Shown one piece after another: positions 38,691-48,109 of a stretch of DNA of 64,000 nt. The position numbers and the translations under genes were made by a program. Positions within the stretch are counted from its first letter, which is position 1. Every line of letters begins with the position of its first letter. Below the pieces are notes generated by a model that made no database searches, was not told the DNA's origin, and saw only the letters and a program-made list of their open reading frames with translations. Source of the stretch: an uncultured Bacteriovoracaceae bacterium (lineage in GTDB: Bacteria > Bdellovibrionota > UBA1018); the NCBI GenBank assembly GCA_964363305.1, contig CAYIHX010000010.1, positions 4,036-68,035 of the forward strand, read 5' to 3'.

Positions 38691-38888
38691 ATGCCAGGTA
38701 TTGTAATCCGAGACGGTGATTCGTTCGAAGCCGCGATCAAGAAGTTCAAGAAGACCTGCGAGAAGGCAGGGATCCTCGCTGAAGTGCGTAAACGCGAAGC
38801 CTACGAAAAGCCCTCGGTCAAACGCAAGAAGAAGGCGATCGCCGCCAAAAAGCGTGGAACCAAGAAGCCCCGTACTCCTCGCTTCTGA
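38691..38888 (+). CDS. rpsU: 30S ribosomal protein S21
   Basis: [52 protein letters not shown] upstream of ATG 38691. Confidence 0.95.
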   Translation: MPGIVIRDGDSFEAAIKKFKKTCEKAGILAEVRKREAYEKPSVKRKKKAIAAKKRGTKKPRTPRF

Positions 38889-38912
38889 TCCTCGTTGAGT
38901 GAAATATTTAGG

Positions 38913-38959
38913 CGCCCGGTTTCAGCAAGCTTTGCCTGAGACCGGGCGTTTGTGTTTGT
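38913..38959 (+). terminator. Rho-independent terminator after rpsU
   Basis: 13-bp stem CGCCCGGTTTCAG / CTGAGACCGGGCG with one G-U pair, followed by TTTGTGTTTGT. Confidence 0.8.
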
Positions 38960-38969
38960 ATGAGAGACT

Positions 38970-39419
38970 ATGGCGACCATTAAAGAGCAGCTTTCTGAGA
39001 AGATTAAGGCCTCGATGAAGGGCGGAGACAAAGAGACGCTGATGTTTGCGCGTAATCTGCACGCGGCGATCCGGAAGAAAGAGATCGACGACCGGATCGA
39101 TCTCGATGATGCCGCCGTCCAGAAGATCATCACCACGCTGCTCAAACAGCGGCAAGACTCGCACGATCAGTTCAAGGCGGGCGGTCGTGAAGATTTGGTG
39201 GCGAAGGAGCTGGCCGAGATGCAGTTCCTCCTTCAGTACATGCCGAAGCAGATGTCGGAGGCGGAGATTCGCGAGGTGGTCAGCTGGGCCGTCGCGGAAG
39301 CAAAGGCCACCACCGCGAAAGATCTGGGTGCAGTGATGAAGTTGGTGCTCCCCAAGACCCAGGGCAAGGCGGATGGCAAGCTCGTTAGCCAGCTCGTGAA
39401 AGACAAGCTGGGCGGATAG
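38970..39419 (+). CDS. yqeY: GatB/YqeY domain-containing protein
   Basis: 149 aa. LSEKIKASMKGGDKETL, LLKQRQDS, DLGAVMK. The classic neighbour of rpsU. Confidence 0.9.
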   Translation: MATIKEQLSEKIKASMKGGDKETLMFARNLHAAIRKKEIDDRIDLDDAAVQKIITTLLKQRQDSHDQFKAGGREDLVAKELAEMQFLLQYMPKQMSEAEIREVVSWAVAEAKATTAKDLGAVMKLVLPKTQGKADGKLVSQLVKDKLGG

Positions 39420-40316
39420 TTATTGCGGGTGCGGAAGAGGGGGCTTCGCCAGGCGTTCGAGCAGACGGCGCCTTAGCGTGCTGTCTTTTCCTTGGAACGC
39501 GTTGATGTGGTCCCCGGTGGTTTCCCAAAATTCTTTTGGTTCACCGGCGGCCTCGAACAGGTCTTTTCCTAGGCGGAGGTCGATGACCGGGTCATCTTTT
39601 GAATGGACCACGATGATGGGTGTGGGGCTCAGGCTGCGGATGCGTTCTTCGTTCGGTGCATGGGCATCGCTTAGAACCAGATGAGCCAGCCATTGGAACG
39701 GCCAAGTCCAGGCGGATTTCGCAAGCGCCGAGACCCCCGCGGCTCGATACGATTTGAAGCTGGCTTCGATGACGATGAGTTGCGGATGAAACCAGCTTCG
39801 GTTCTCGCTGAGCGCTCTCAGGGCGATTGCTCCGCCGAGGCTCTGGGCGAAGATCACCTTGGGCCTACGGGGATACTTTGCTTCTGCCCAGCGAAAGAAG
39901 GCGCTGCCGTCTTGGACGGTTCCCTGGGGACTGGGATCGCCCTCGGAGCCTCCATAGCCGCGGTAGTCGAGAATCGTGAAGTCATAGCCATGATCAAGAA
40001 TCCAATAGAGGCCGACAAAGTGAGCTGAAACATTTTGCGCGTTTCCGTGAAAGAAGAGGAGTAGGGGGGCGTCCTTTTTTGGGCGTGGCGCGCGAAACGA
40101 CCACGCCACCAAGTCCAGGCCGTCTTCCGTTTGGATTTTTAACTCTTCCGGCCGATAGGGAATTTTACTGGGAGCGACAAAAAACTGGGACGAGGGATAG
40201 TAAAGAAGTGATGAGCACCCGAGGTTGAAGAGCGGAGCGAGTCCCGCGAGTGCGAGAAGAGTGCGGGAGGGGAAGTGTCGCTGGGAATTATTTTCTTGGT
40301 TGAAACGCAACCTCAT
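39420..40316 (-). CDS. Alpha/beta hydrolase (membrane/lipoprotein-associated)
   Basis: Nucleophile elbow AQSLGG, HGNAQN oxyanion region, distal D and H (SKDDPV, GDHINAF). N-terminal hydrophobic segment with a possible lipobox-like Cys (NLGCSS). Confidence 0.8.
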   Translation of the reverse strand: MRLRFNQENNSQRHFPSRTLLALAGLAPLFNLGCSSLLYYPSSQFFVAPSKIPYRPEELKIQTEDGLDLVAWSFRAPRPKKDAPLLLFFHGNAQNVSAHFVGLYWILDHGYDFTILDYRGYGGSEGDPSPQGTVQDGSAFFRWAEAKYPRRPKVIFAQSLGGAIALRALSENRSWFHPQLIVIEASFKSYRAAGVSALAKSAWTWPFQWLAHLVLSDAHAPNEERIRSLSPTPIIVVHSKDDPVIDLRLGKDLFEAAGEPKEFWETTGDHINAFQGKDSTLRRRLLERLAKPPLPHPQ

Positions 40317-40335
40317 AGGTCTAGTCTACGAAGTC

Positions 40336-42279
40336 ATGAGTCTAGCCCTCGGGTCAAAGGGTTTCGTATTTCGGTTGGGGGTCGTTTTCGGTATTTCCGC
40401 GTTCGGGTTTACGGGGCTGGCTTTCGGTCAGGAAAGCGACCTCAGCGAGTTCGCACGCTCCGAGCTCTGGTTGCGAGCCTTGCACTATGGCCGTTCGTTT
40501 CCATGGATATTTTTGAAGAAAAGCGCGGTCGACGGCGGGGCGTTTTTTATCGACCCTGCCGGTGGCACCGATGCGCTGTCCGAGCTCCGCGCGAGTATCC
40601 GGGCGTTTCGAGATCCCGAGGCGCGTCTTCCGAAGATCGGCCTCCATCCTCAGTGTGGCCTTCCCTTTCGTTATCGGGTGATCAAGAGGCGTTTTCCGGG
40701 TCCCTGGGTCGATCAGGATTGTCCCAACGTGAGGGAAGTCCTCCGGAATTTCAATGCGGAGTCGGTCGCCCTCGTTTTTTCGAGCGCGCACGCGGATAAC
40801 CCTGGTTCGATGTTCGGGCATACGTTTCTTCGTTTTAATTCCCGCAGGGGGACCGCGAGGAAAATCGACCTCCTGGATCTTTCGGTGGGATATGCCGCCG
40901 CCACCGCTAAAGAGGACAGTACGGCGATTTTCTATTGGAAGGGTCTCTTCGGCGGGTATCCCGGCAAATTCTCTTCGTTGCCCTATTACGCGAAAGTGAA
41001 TGAATACCTCAACTCCGAAAGCCGGGATCTCTGGGAGTATCGGTTGAGCCTGAGCGAGGAGGAGACCGAGCTTTTGCTTCTTCACGTGTACGAGCTCGAG
41101 AAGACCAGCTACCTCGCCTATTTTTTCTTTGATGAAAATTGCTCCTGGATTCTCCTGGCTTTGTTGGAGGCGGTCAAACCCGAGTGGCGGTTGACGGCGC
41201 CCAGGGTTTTCGTGATTCCGGGAGAGACCATCAAGACGCTCCAGGGAACCCCGGGCGCAATCCTCGACGTACAGTTCAGGCCATCGATGAAGAAGCGTTT
41301 TCTTCATCGATACGCCCTTTTGGATTCGAGCCAACGGAGGTTGATTCGAGATCTGATTGAGGGCGCTTCCTCGGCGGTTCAGGCCAGTGAAATCCGTGAC
41401 CCCAGTACGCTTTCAACGGCGGCGCTTTATTTTCAATATCGCATTCAGAAGGAGGGGGGCGATAAGTCAGGGAAAGCCACGCAATGGAAAATAAAATCAG
41501 ACGAACTTCTTGCCGCCCGAGCGCGATTGGGGAAACAGGAAGAGCAGGCGCTTCCCGCTCTCGAAGGGTCTACTCGCCCGGATTGGGGTCATCACCCGAG
41601 TCGTTTCTGGTTGTCGGGAGGCGCGAATACCGAGGTGGGGCGGGCGCAGTCCTTTGTTGAACTGGGCATCAAGCTCCCTTTTCACGATCTTTTGAATGAT
41701 GACACGGGCTATGCCCGTTTTCAGCAGATCGACTTTCCGGGCATGTCGTTTCGCTATTATCCTCAGTTGCGGCGTTTTCATGTCGAGTCCATCTCCGGGT
41801 TGACGGCCACTTCTCTTTTTCCGATCAATTTCATGGAGGCGAAGCCATCGTGGGCGTTCAAGCTGGGCGCCTTCTCGCCGAAGGATTTCGGGTGTGCTCG
41901 CTGCCTGGTTTTCCATCTGAGTGGAAACTTCGGCGGCGCCGTCAATGTTTTGACTGAGTCCGATGTGCTTTATGCTCTCCCCGGTCTCTATTTTGAAGCA
42001 GGTGAGGGACTTCGCGGGCGACCTCGATTCGGTCCGCTCGCGCGTCTGGGTTGGATCTGGGGGCCCTTTCGGTTTTTCAAATTTCAGCTGGAGTACGAGG
42101 CGGTGGCGGACATCTTTCAACCCTACCGCCGGCAGTTTTTTCATCAGCTCTCGCCGGCGTTGAGCATGAGTTTCTCTCCCTCGGTTGAGGTCCGCCTTCG
42201 CGGTCAGGGAAATTTTAGTGCCACCTTCCAGGATGAGCCTTTCTTGGAGTCGAAGGCGGATTTGAATGTTTATTTTTGA
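40336..42279 (+). CDS. DUF4105 (Lnb-type N-terminal domain) protein with C-terminal beta-rich domain
   Basis: ATG 40336 gives a signal-like N-terminus. DUF4105-type motifs: ELWLRALHY, FFIDPAGGTDALSEL, PQCGLPFRYR, VFSSAHADNPGSMFGHTFLRF, YFFFDENCSW. Confidence 0.7.
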   Translation: MSLALGSKGFVFRLGVVFGISAFGFTGLAFGQESDLSEFARSELWLRALHYGRSFPWIFLKKSAVDGGAFFIDPAGGTDALSELRASIRAFRDPEARLPKIGLHPQCGLPFRYRVIKRRFPGPWVDQDCPNVREVLRNFNAESVALVFSSAHADNPGSMFGHTFLRFNSRRGTARKIDLLDLSVGYAAATAKEDSTAIFYWKGLFGGYPGKFSSLPYYAKVNEYLNSESRDLWEYRLSLSEEETELLLLHVYELEKTSYLAYFFFDENCSWILLALLEAVKPEWRLTAPRVFVIPGETIKTLQGTPGAILDVQFRPSMKKRFLHRYALLDSSQRRLIRDLIEGASSAVQASEIRDPSTLSTAALYFQYRIQKEGGDKSGKATQWKIKSDELLAARARLGKQEEQALPALEGSTRPDWGHHPSRFWLSGGANTEVGRAQSFVELGIKLPFHDLLNDDTGYARFQQIDFPGMSFRYYPQLRRFHVESISGLTATSLFPINFMEAKPSWAFKLGAFSPKDFGCARCLVFHLSGNFGGAVNVLTESDVLYALPGLYFEAGEGLRGRPRFGPLARLGWIWGPFRFFKFQLEYEAVADIFQPYRRQFFHQLSPALSMSFSPSVEVRLRGQGNFSATFQDEPFLESKADLNVYF

Positions 42280-42343
42280 AATTGACGGGAATAATTCAAA
42301 ATCGGGCAATGATAAATGAGTCCGAAACCTCAAGGAGAAGAGA

Positions 42344-42874
42344 ATGAAAAATTGGATTGCTTTGGTGATTTTTACGATGTTGGCTTCTGGGTCTGCTTTC
42401 GCGGCCGCCGCGAAGGGCGTGGCGCCTGTCGCGAAGGGAGCCGTGGATGTTGGCGACCCGGGCGATGGCTGCGGGCTTGGCTGGCAGGTTACGGATAAGC
42501 GTACCCTCATCGCGAGCACCACGCGCGGCACGATCAATGGCTTCGTGCCTCCTACATTCGGCCTGACCTCGGGCACGATTGGTTGTATGAAGTACGATTT
42601 CGCGAAAAACGAGGAGGCGGCCGCGACGTTTGCCTACGCGAATAGCGATTCGCTGCGCACGGACATGGCCGAAGGTCATGGTGAATATCTTGCGGGGATG
42701 GCTCGTTCATTTGGATGTTCGGATGCGGTTACTTCTCGTTTTGGAGAGGTGACCCAGAAGAATTACTCTGAAATCACCCAAGATGGAGCCGCTAGCCCGA
42801 TTCAGATGTTTCGCAACCTTCAGCAACAGATTCGCGCCGATGAGGTGCTGTCGGTCTCTTGCGACGTAGTTTAA
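42344..42874 (+). CDS. Secreted DUF3015-like protein
   Basis: AAGGAG RBS and signal MKNWIALVIFTMLASGSAFA. GCGLGW motif and a C-terminal GHGEYLAGMARSFGC region, as I recall for DUF3015. Confidence 0.6.
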   Translation: MKNWIALVIFTMLASGSAFAAAAKGVAPVAKGAVDVGDPGDGCGLGWQVTDKRTLIASTTRGTINGFVPPTFGLTSGTIGCMKYDFAKNEEAAATFAYANSDSLRTDMAEGHGEYLAGMARSFGCSDAVTSRFGEVTQKNYSEITQDGAASPIQMFRNLQQQIRADEVLSVSCDVV

Positions 42875-42905
42875 ACCTCATCGGATTCTTTAGTCGTTGT
42901 TCAGG

Positions 42906-42937
42906 AGCCACCTGGGTCTTCCCAGGTGGCTTTTTTG
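42906..42937 (+). terminator. Rho-independent terminator
   Basis: 11-bp perfect stem AGCCACCTGGG / CCCAGGTGGCT with a 4-nt loop, followed by TTTTTT. Confidence 0.85.
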
Positions 42938-43048
42938 CGTCAGAATAGCGCAATGCGCCATCTGGGGCGTCCCTAACGCGCCCGCTCTTTCGTTCCCGAC
43001 CTTCCGCTGTTAGTTTGCCGACCGTCCCCGGGGAGTTGCGAAGGTTTC

Positions 43049-43762
43049 ATGTCACTCATTCAGATCAGTCGAGAGTTGAGCGATGGCGTTGCGCGCCTGA
43101 AATTTCGCGCGCCGGTGGCGTACGTCTACAATCCTCTCGAGTATGCGCGTGTTCCCCATGAGGCCTATCTGCATCGCTGGGGCGTCGGAAAAAAAGACGT
43201 TCTTTTTTTGGGGATGAATCCCGGACCTTTCGGGATGGCTCAGACCGGTGTCCCGTTTGGCGAGGTCAATCTGGTTCGTGATTTTTTAAAAATCACCGGC
43301 TCGGTCTCCAAGCCTCCGAAGGAGCATCCCAAGCGACCCATTGAGGGTTTTTCCTGTGAAAAAAGCGAGGTCAGCGGTCGAAGGCTCTGGGGCTGGGTCC
43401 TGAATCGTTTCGAGAAGCCTGAGCGTTTTTTTGAGCATTTTTTCGTCGCGAATTGGTGCCCGCTGGTTTTCATGGAGGACGGCGGGAAGAATCTTACGCC
43501 CGACAAACTCCCGGCGGCGGAACGCGCGGAACTCTATGCACTCTGTGATCGGGCATTGGTGAGAACGGTGGAGACCCTTGATCCGCGGCGGGTCATCGGC
43601 GTGGGGGCCTTTGCGAAAGCGCGCGCCGAGGAGGCCTTACGAGGTCGGCGTGGCGTGCGCATCGATACGATTCTTCATCCAAGTCCCGCCAGCCCCGCCG
43701 CCAACCGAGGTTGGGAGGCGGCGGCTGAGAAACAGCTCCAGGCTCTCGGGGTGATCGACTAG
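43049..43762 (+). CDS. SMUG1-family uracil-DNA glycosylase
   Basis: Motif 1 GMNPGPFGMAQTGVPFGE matches the SMUG1 signature I recall for the animal enzyme. Motif 2 is HPSPASPAANRGW. Confidence 0.85.
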   Translation: MSLIQISRELSDGVARLKFRAPVAYVYNPLEYARVPHEAYLHRWGVGKKDVLFLGMNPGPFGMAQTGVPFGEVNLVRDFLKITGSVSKPPKEHPKRPIEGFSCEKSEVSGRRLWGWVLNRFEKPERFFEHFFVANWCPLVFMEDGGKNLTPDKLPAAERAELYALCDRALVRTVETLDPRRVIGVGAFAKARAEEALRGRRGVRIDTILHPSPASPAANRGWEAAAEKQLQALGVID

Positions 43763-45810
43763 TGCAGAAGAAACGGATTTCTCCCGAGGTGCTGGCGAAG
43801 GTTAAGGAGGCGGTCGAGCTGATCGAAGTGATCGGTGAGCATGTCGTCCTGCGCAAAGCCGGGCGTGAATATGTCGGGTTGTGCCCGTTTCATAATGAGC
43901 GAAGCGGCTCGTTCTATGTCAACGCCGACAAGCAGGTGTACCACTGCCACGGTTGTCAGGCGGCGGGCGACGTCGTGAGGTTCGTTCAGGAGATTCACGG
44001 CGTTTCGTTCATCGAGGCGGTGCAAGAGCTGGCGGATCGCGCGCGGATCAAGTTGCCCTCGGAGCTGCTCCGAGAAGTCGAGGGCATGAACCCCGAGGAG
44101 GCCAAGGTCCGAGAGGCTCGCCTTGAGAAGATCTCGCTAGCGTCCCGCTTGAATCGATTCGTCGCGGAGTTCTACTTTCAAAAGCTCAAACAGACGCCGC
44201 TGGCGATGAGTTACCTGACGCGCCGAGGCCTGACCGCGGATTGGATTCGGCATTTCTACGTAGGCTACGCGACGAAGGAATGGGATTCTCTTTCGCGCTT
44301 TTTGACGGAAAAAAAGGCGCCGATGGCGTTGGCGGAAGAGCTCGGCCTGATTCGTAAGTCGACCCGCCAGGACCCGCGCCCAGGTGAGTCCGGATATTTC
44401 GATCTTTTTCGCAACCGAGTGATGTTTCCCATTTTGGATACACGGGGTCGTGTGGTCGGTTTCGGCGGGCGGACGCTCCCTGGTGGGGACGATGCGGCTG
44501 ATCCGAAATCTCCCAAGTACCTCAATTCGTCCGATTCTCTTCTCTTTAAGAAGAGCCGCATCGCTTATGGCTTGTTTCAGGCTCAGAAGCACATTCGCGA
44601 AAAGGACGAGGTGGTGTTTGTCGAAGGGTATTTCGACGTGACGGCCCTTCACTCAGCGGGTTTCGCTCACGCGGTGGCAACCTGCGGTACCGCGCTGACC
44701 CCCGAGCACGTCGATCTCGTCAAGCGCTTCGGGAAGAAGTTCATCCTCCTGTTCGATGCGGACAAGGCTGGCGAGGCCGCCACTTTGAGAGCCATGGAGC
44801 TGGGTTTGGAGCTCGGGATGGTATTCCATGGGGCCAAGATGCCTTCCGGGCTCGATCCGGATGAGGTTCTTTTTGACCCTTCGACGGGTTCTTTGCGTAC
44901 CAACGGCAAAGAGGAGATGGAGGGAATCCTCAAGCGCGCCACTCCTCTGCTGGATTTGCTCATGGATGAAAAGCTCGCTCTGGCGGGGGGCGGGAGCAAT
45001 GAGGACCGGGTTGCCTCGCTGAAGCAGGTGGCAGGCTGGCTGAGGAAGTTTAGTGATCCCATTGGGCGATCCGTACGCGTTGAAATTCTTCGAGATCGCT
45101 ATCAGGTGAGTGCGGATTTGCTTCGGCAGCTGGGATTGCCGGTCGCCGGCGCTCGTTCCGCTTCTGAGACGCAGCCCTCGCCGAGCACCCGCCCCCCTCA
45201 GAAGCCTTGGGTGTCGAGGGAAGAGTTCATGGAATCATTGGCGAAATCACGTTCTGTGACGGCTCGAGGGCCGGGCTCGTCCGGTCCGGTCAGGGCTCCG
45301 GTCATCCGGGCGGGGCAGCTCACCGATCGGGAGAAGTCCCTTCTGCTGGGGCTTGCGCGGGGCGAGCCCTTTGCCGGGATTTTGAGTCAGGCGCGCCAAG
45401 AGATGCCTGCTGGGCTGACACTTGCTGACTTCTTCGACTATCCGCCTGCTCGCCAATGGGTCTCTCGCCTTTCGAACGAGCCTGGTTTTCTGGAGCGGTT
45501 ACGAAATGCACCGGCCAGCCTGATTGAACCCGATTTAGACCGGCAAGTTCTCTCAACCCTTACGGAAGCTTGGGTCACTCGCCAGGGACAAGGCGACGCA
45601 CAGGAGGGCGTTCCCTCCACGGAAGAGTTCAGGTTGACGGTGCGTCGCTCTTTGGCCCGGATCTGGGCACGATTCTCGCACGGAGTTAAGTTGGCGCTGG
45701 CCGATGCAGAAGCCAAGAACGACGCAGGGTTAGCCGCGAAATTGATGAAGGATTACCTTGACGGTCAGCGCAAACTGAAGGAGTTTAGCAACTTCTATGA
45801 CGAAGCTTAA
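43762..45810 (+). CDS. dnaG: DNA primase
   Basis: GTG 43762 overlaps the upstream TAG by 1 nt. Zinc finger [23 protein letters not shown] polymerase and TOPRIM motifs ([14 protein letters not shown]). Confidence 0.95.
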   Translation: MQKKRISPEVLAKVKEAVELIEVIGEHVVLRKAGREYVGLCPFHNERSGSFYVNADKQVYHCHGCQAAGDVVRFVQEIHGVSFIEAVQELADRARIKLPSELLREVEGMNPEEAKVREARLEKISLASRLNRFVAEFYFQKLKQTPLAMSYLTRRGLTADWIRHFYVGYATKEWDSLSRFLTEKKAPMALAEELGLIRKSTRQDPRPGESGYFDLFRNRVMFPILDTRGRVVGFGGRTLPGGDDAADPKSPKYLNSSDSLLFKKSRIAYGLFQAQKHIREKDEVVFVEGYFDVTALHSAGFAHAVATCGTALTPEHVDLVKRFGKKFILLFDADKAGEAATLRAMELGLELGMVFHGAKMPSGLDPDEVLFDPSTGSLRTNGKEEMEGILKRATPLLDLLMDEKLALAGGGSNEDRVASLKQVAGWLRKFSDPIGRSVRVEILRDRYQVSADLLRQLGLPVAGARSASETQPSPSTRPPQKPWVSREEFMESLAKSRSVTARGPGSSGPVRAPVIRAGQLTDREKSLLLGLARGEPFAGILSQARQEMPAGLTLADFFDYPPARQWVSRLSNEPGFLERLRNAPASLIEPDLDRQVLSTLTEAWVTRQGQGDAQEGVPSTEEFRLTVRRSLARIWARFSHGVKLALADAEAKNDAGLAAKLMKDYLDGQRKLKEFSNFYDEA

Positions 45811-47842
45811 GGATTCCCACTCGTCGAAATCTTCGACGAAGTCCGTACCTACCTCTGCTCAAAAAACGGCCACGCCCAAATCCGCGAAGGCTGGAAAAGA
45901 AGCCCCGCCCTCTGTGGCTTCCACGGTGGCCTCCAAGGCGGCTTCTAAGGCAGCCTCCGCGAAGGAGCACGCTCTCAGTACGATGGCGTCGTCCGCCGTG
46001 TTGAACTCGGCTGTCGATGCATCGATTGCGATCGCCAGCGAGAAACCTTCCGTGGATCGCCTGGCCACGCTCGCCAAGAATAAAGAAATTAAGAAGCTGC
46101 TCGATATGGGTGAGCAGCGCGGCTATCTCACTTTTGAAGAAGTGAACGAGTTGTTGCCGCCGGATATTATTTCACCGCAGGCGATCGATGAGATCATGCA
46201 CCTCCTCGGCGAGCACGAGATTGAAGTGCTCGACACGACCAAGCGTCCTCGCGAAGGCGACGAGGACGACGATGAGGAAGAGGCGGGTCTTGGCGCGGCT
46301 CCGGCCGGTGCTGAAGGTGCGGCTGAAATCGCCCCTGGAGCGGATTATGCTCGAGGTGCTGACCCGGTTAAGCTTTATCTGAAAAAGATGGGGAGCGTTT
46401 CGCTCCTGACCCGCGAGGGCGAAGTCGAGATTGCCAAGCGAATCGAAGAAGGCGAAATCGAGATTCTTCGCGCGCTTTTGGCTTCCCGGCTCGGCACGAT
46501 TGCGATCGTCGAGCTCGGCGAGCGCCTCGAGAGCGGTCGCACGAAGGTCAAGGATGTCATTCGTGGCGTCGATGAAGAAGTTTCTGTCGATGACGAAAAG
46601 GCCTACTTGGAGAAGGTGCTTACTGCGATCGCCAAGGTGAAGGGTTTTCTCGCCTATCAAGAGAAGTCTGACGAGAAGCTGGCTTCGCCGGAAGGCAAGA
46701 AGGCGGATGCTCGCGAGAAGATTCTCTCGGAGTTAAAGAAGCGTGAGCGCCAGGTCGAGCAAGCTTTCGAGAACATCGCGTTCAATCGTAAAACGATTAA
46801 CGCGTTGTCGGTTCGGATCAAGACGCTTTGGGGTCGCGGCACGGAGATCGTCCTCGAGCGGAAGAAGATTCTTGCCTATATCGGAACGAAGAGCGTGCAA
46901 GAGCTGACCGATCTGGGCAACGAGTACCGCCGGGGCGCGGAGACTCATCCTGCGCTCTGCAAGAAGTGGGATCTCACTGCCGAGAAGCTCGCGCAGATTG
47001 TGCAGCAGGAAGAGGGCATCGCCACTCGCATCGAGAGTCTCGAAGGCGAAGCGGGTCTTCCCGTTGAGGCGCTTCTGGAAATCAATGATTCCCTGAATAT
47101 CGGTGAGAGAAAAGCCGACCAGGCGAAGAGCGAGCTCGTCGAGGCGAATCTTCGTCTCGTGGTCTCGATCGCGAAGAAGTATACCAACCGCGGCCTTCAG
47201 TTTCTGGATCTCATCCAGGAAGGTAATATCGGTTTGATGAAGGCGGTCGACAAGTTCGAGTATCGTCGAGGGTATAAGTTTTCGACCTACGCCACCTGGT
47301 GGATTCGTCAGGCCATTACTCGCGCCATCGCCGATCAAGCTCGTACGATCCGTATTCCGGTTCATATGATCGAGACAATCAATAAGCTGATTCGAACTTC
47401 CCGCCTGCTCATTCAGCAGCTGGGTCGGGAGCCGACGCCCGAAGAGATCGCGACGAAGATGGAGCTTCCGGTTGATAAGGTTCGGAAGGTGCTGAAAATC
47501 GCGAAGGAGCCGATCTCTCTCGAGACCCCGATCGGGGAAGAGGAAGATTCATACCTGGGTGATTTCATCGAAGATAAGAAGATCATCAATCCCGCTGAGG
47601 CGGTGATGAATATCAACCTCTCCGAGCAGACTCGCAAGGTCCTGGCGACTCTGACTCCGCGTGAGGAGAAGGTTCTTCGCATGCGCTTTGGGATCGGCGA
47701 GAAGTCCGATCATACGTTGGAAGAGGTCGGACAGGATTTCTTCGTGACTCGCGAGCGGATCCGGCAGATTGAAGCCAAGGCCCTGCGGAAGCTTCGGCAT
47801 CCGTCCCGTGCTAAGCTTCTCAAGGCCTTCGTCGACAGTTAA
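45797..47842 (+). CDS. rpoD: RNA polymerase primary sigma factor RpoD
   Basis: Region 2 [40 protein letters not shown], region 3, and region 4 [29 protein letters not shown]. Overlaps the dnaG end by 14 nt. Confidence 0.95.
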   Translation: MTKLKDSHSSKSSTKSVPTSAQKTATPKSAKAGKEAPPSVASTVASKAASKAASAKEHALSTMASSAVLNSAVDASIAIASEKPSVDRLATLAKNKEIKKLLDMGEQRGYLTFEEVNELLPPDIISPQAIDEIMHLLGEHEIEVLDTTKRPREGDEDDDEEEAGLGAAPAGAEGAAEIAPGADYARGADPVKLYLKKMGSVSLLTREGEVEIAKRIEEGEIEILRALLASRLGTIAIVELGERLESGRTKVKDVIRGVDEEVSVDDEKAYLEKVLTAIAKVKGFLAYQEKSDEKLASPEGKKADAREKILSELKKRERQVEQAFENIAFNRKTINALSVRIKTLWGRGTEIVLERKKILAYIGTKSVQELTDLGNEYRRGAETHPALCKKWDLTAEKLAQIVQQEEGIATRIESLEGEAGLPVEALLEINDSLNIGERKADQAKSELVEANLRLVVSIAKKYTNRGLQFLDLIQEGNIGLMKAVDKFEYRRGYKFSTYATWWIRQAITRAIADQARTIRIPVHMIETINKLIRTSRLLIQQLGREPTPEEIATKMELPVDKVRKVLKIAKEPISLETPIGEEEDSYLGDFIEDKKIINPAEAVMNINLSEQTRKVLATLTPREEKVLRMRFGIGEKSDHTLEEVGQDFFVTRERIRQIEAKALRKLRHPSRAKLLKAFVDS

Positions 47843-47867
47843 GCTGATGAAATGATTAAATGAATTT

Positions 47868-47904
47868 GCCCCGGGGCACCGTAAGGTTTCCCGGGGCTTT
47901 TTTT
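47868..47904 (+). terminator. Rho-independent terminator after rpoD
   Basis: Stem GCCCCGGG / CCCGGGGC (47868-47875 / 47890-47897) followed by TTTTTTT. Confidence 0.85.
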
Positions 47905-47932
47905 ATGTGGTTGGTATGAACTGTTCCTTTGA

Positions 47933-48001
47933 GGGCGGGGAGATCAGCTCAGGGGCCGGATGCCTTTTCTACCTGCATCCGGCCTCTGAGCTGATCCGCC
48001 C
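47933..48001. repeat. Long imperfect inverted repeat (about 27-bp arms, 11-nt loop)
   Basis: Arm 1 is GGGCGGGGAGATCAGCTCAGGGGCCGGATGC (47933-47963). Arm 2 is GCATCCGGCCTCTGAGCTGATCCGCCC (47975-48001). The pair is flanked by TTTATGTG / CACATAAA. Confidence 0.7.
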
Positions 48002-48034
48002 ACACATAAATGGGTCAGCTCATGAGAATTATCA

Positions 48035-48076
48035 CGCAGTGCGGCAATTTTTCACTTGATGAGATGCCGCACTGCG
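48035..48076 (+). promoter_or_regulatory. Perfect 12-bp stem-loop in the 5' leader of the 48110 gene
   Basis: CGCAGTGCGGCA (48035-48046) and TGCCGCACTGCG (48065-48076) with an 18-nt loop, about 22 nt upstream of the GGAGGAG RBS. Confidence 0.6.
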
Positions 48077-48109
48077 ATGTAGTGACCTCGTCATCTCTGG
48101 AGGAGTACG

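Noticed and set aside
40354-42576. Two long antisense ORFs (326 aa at 40354-41334 and 359 aa at 41497-42576) opposite the DUF4105 and DUF3015 genes
   Set aside because: The plus-strand genes carry clear family motifs, signal peptides and RBSs. The antisense translations are Arg/Pro/Gly-rich with no motifs.
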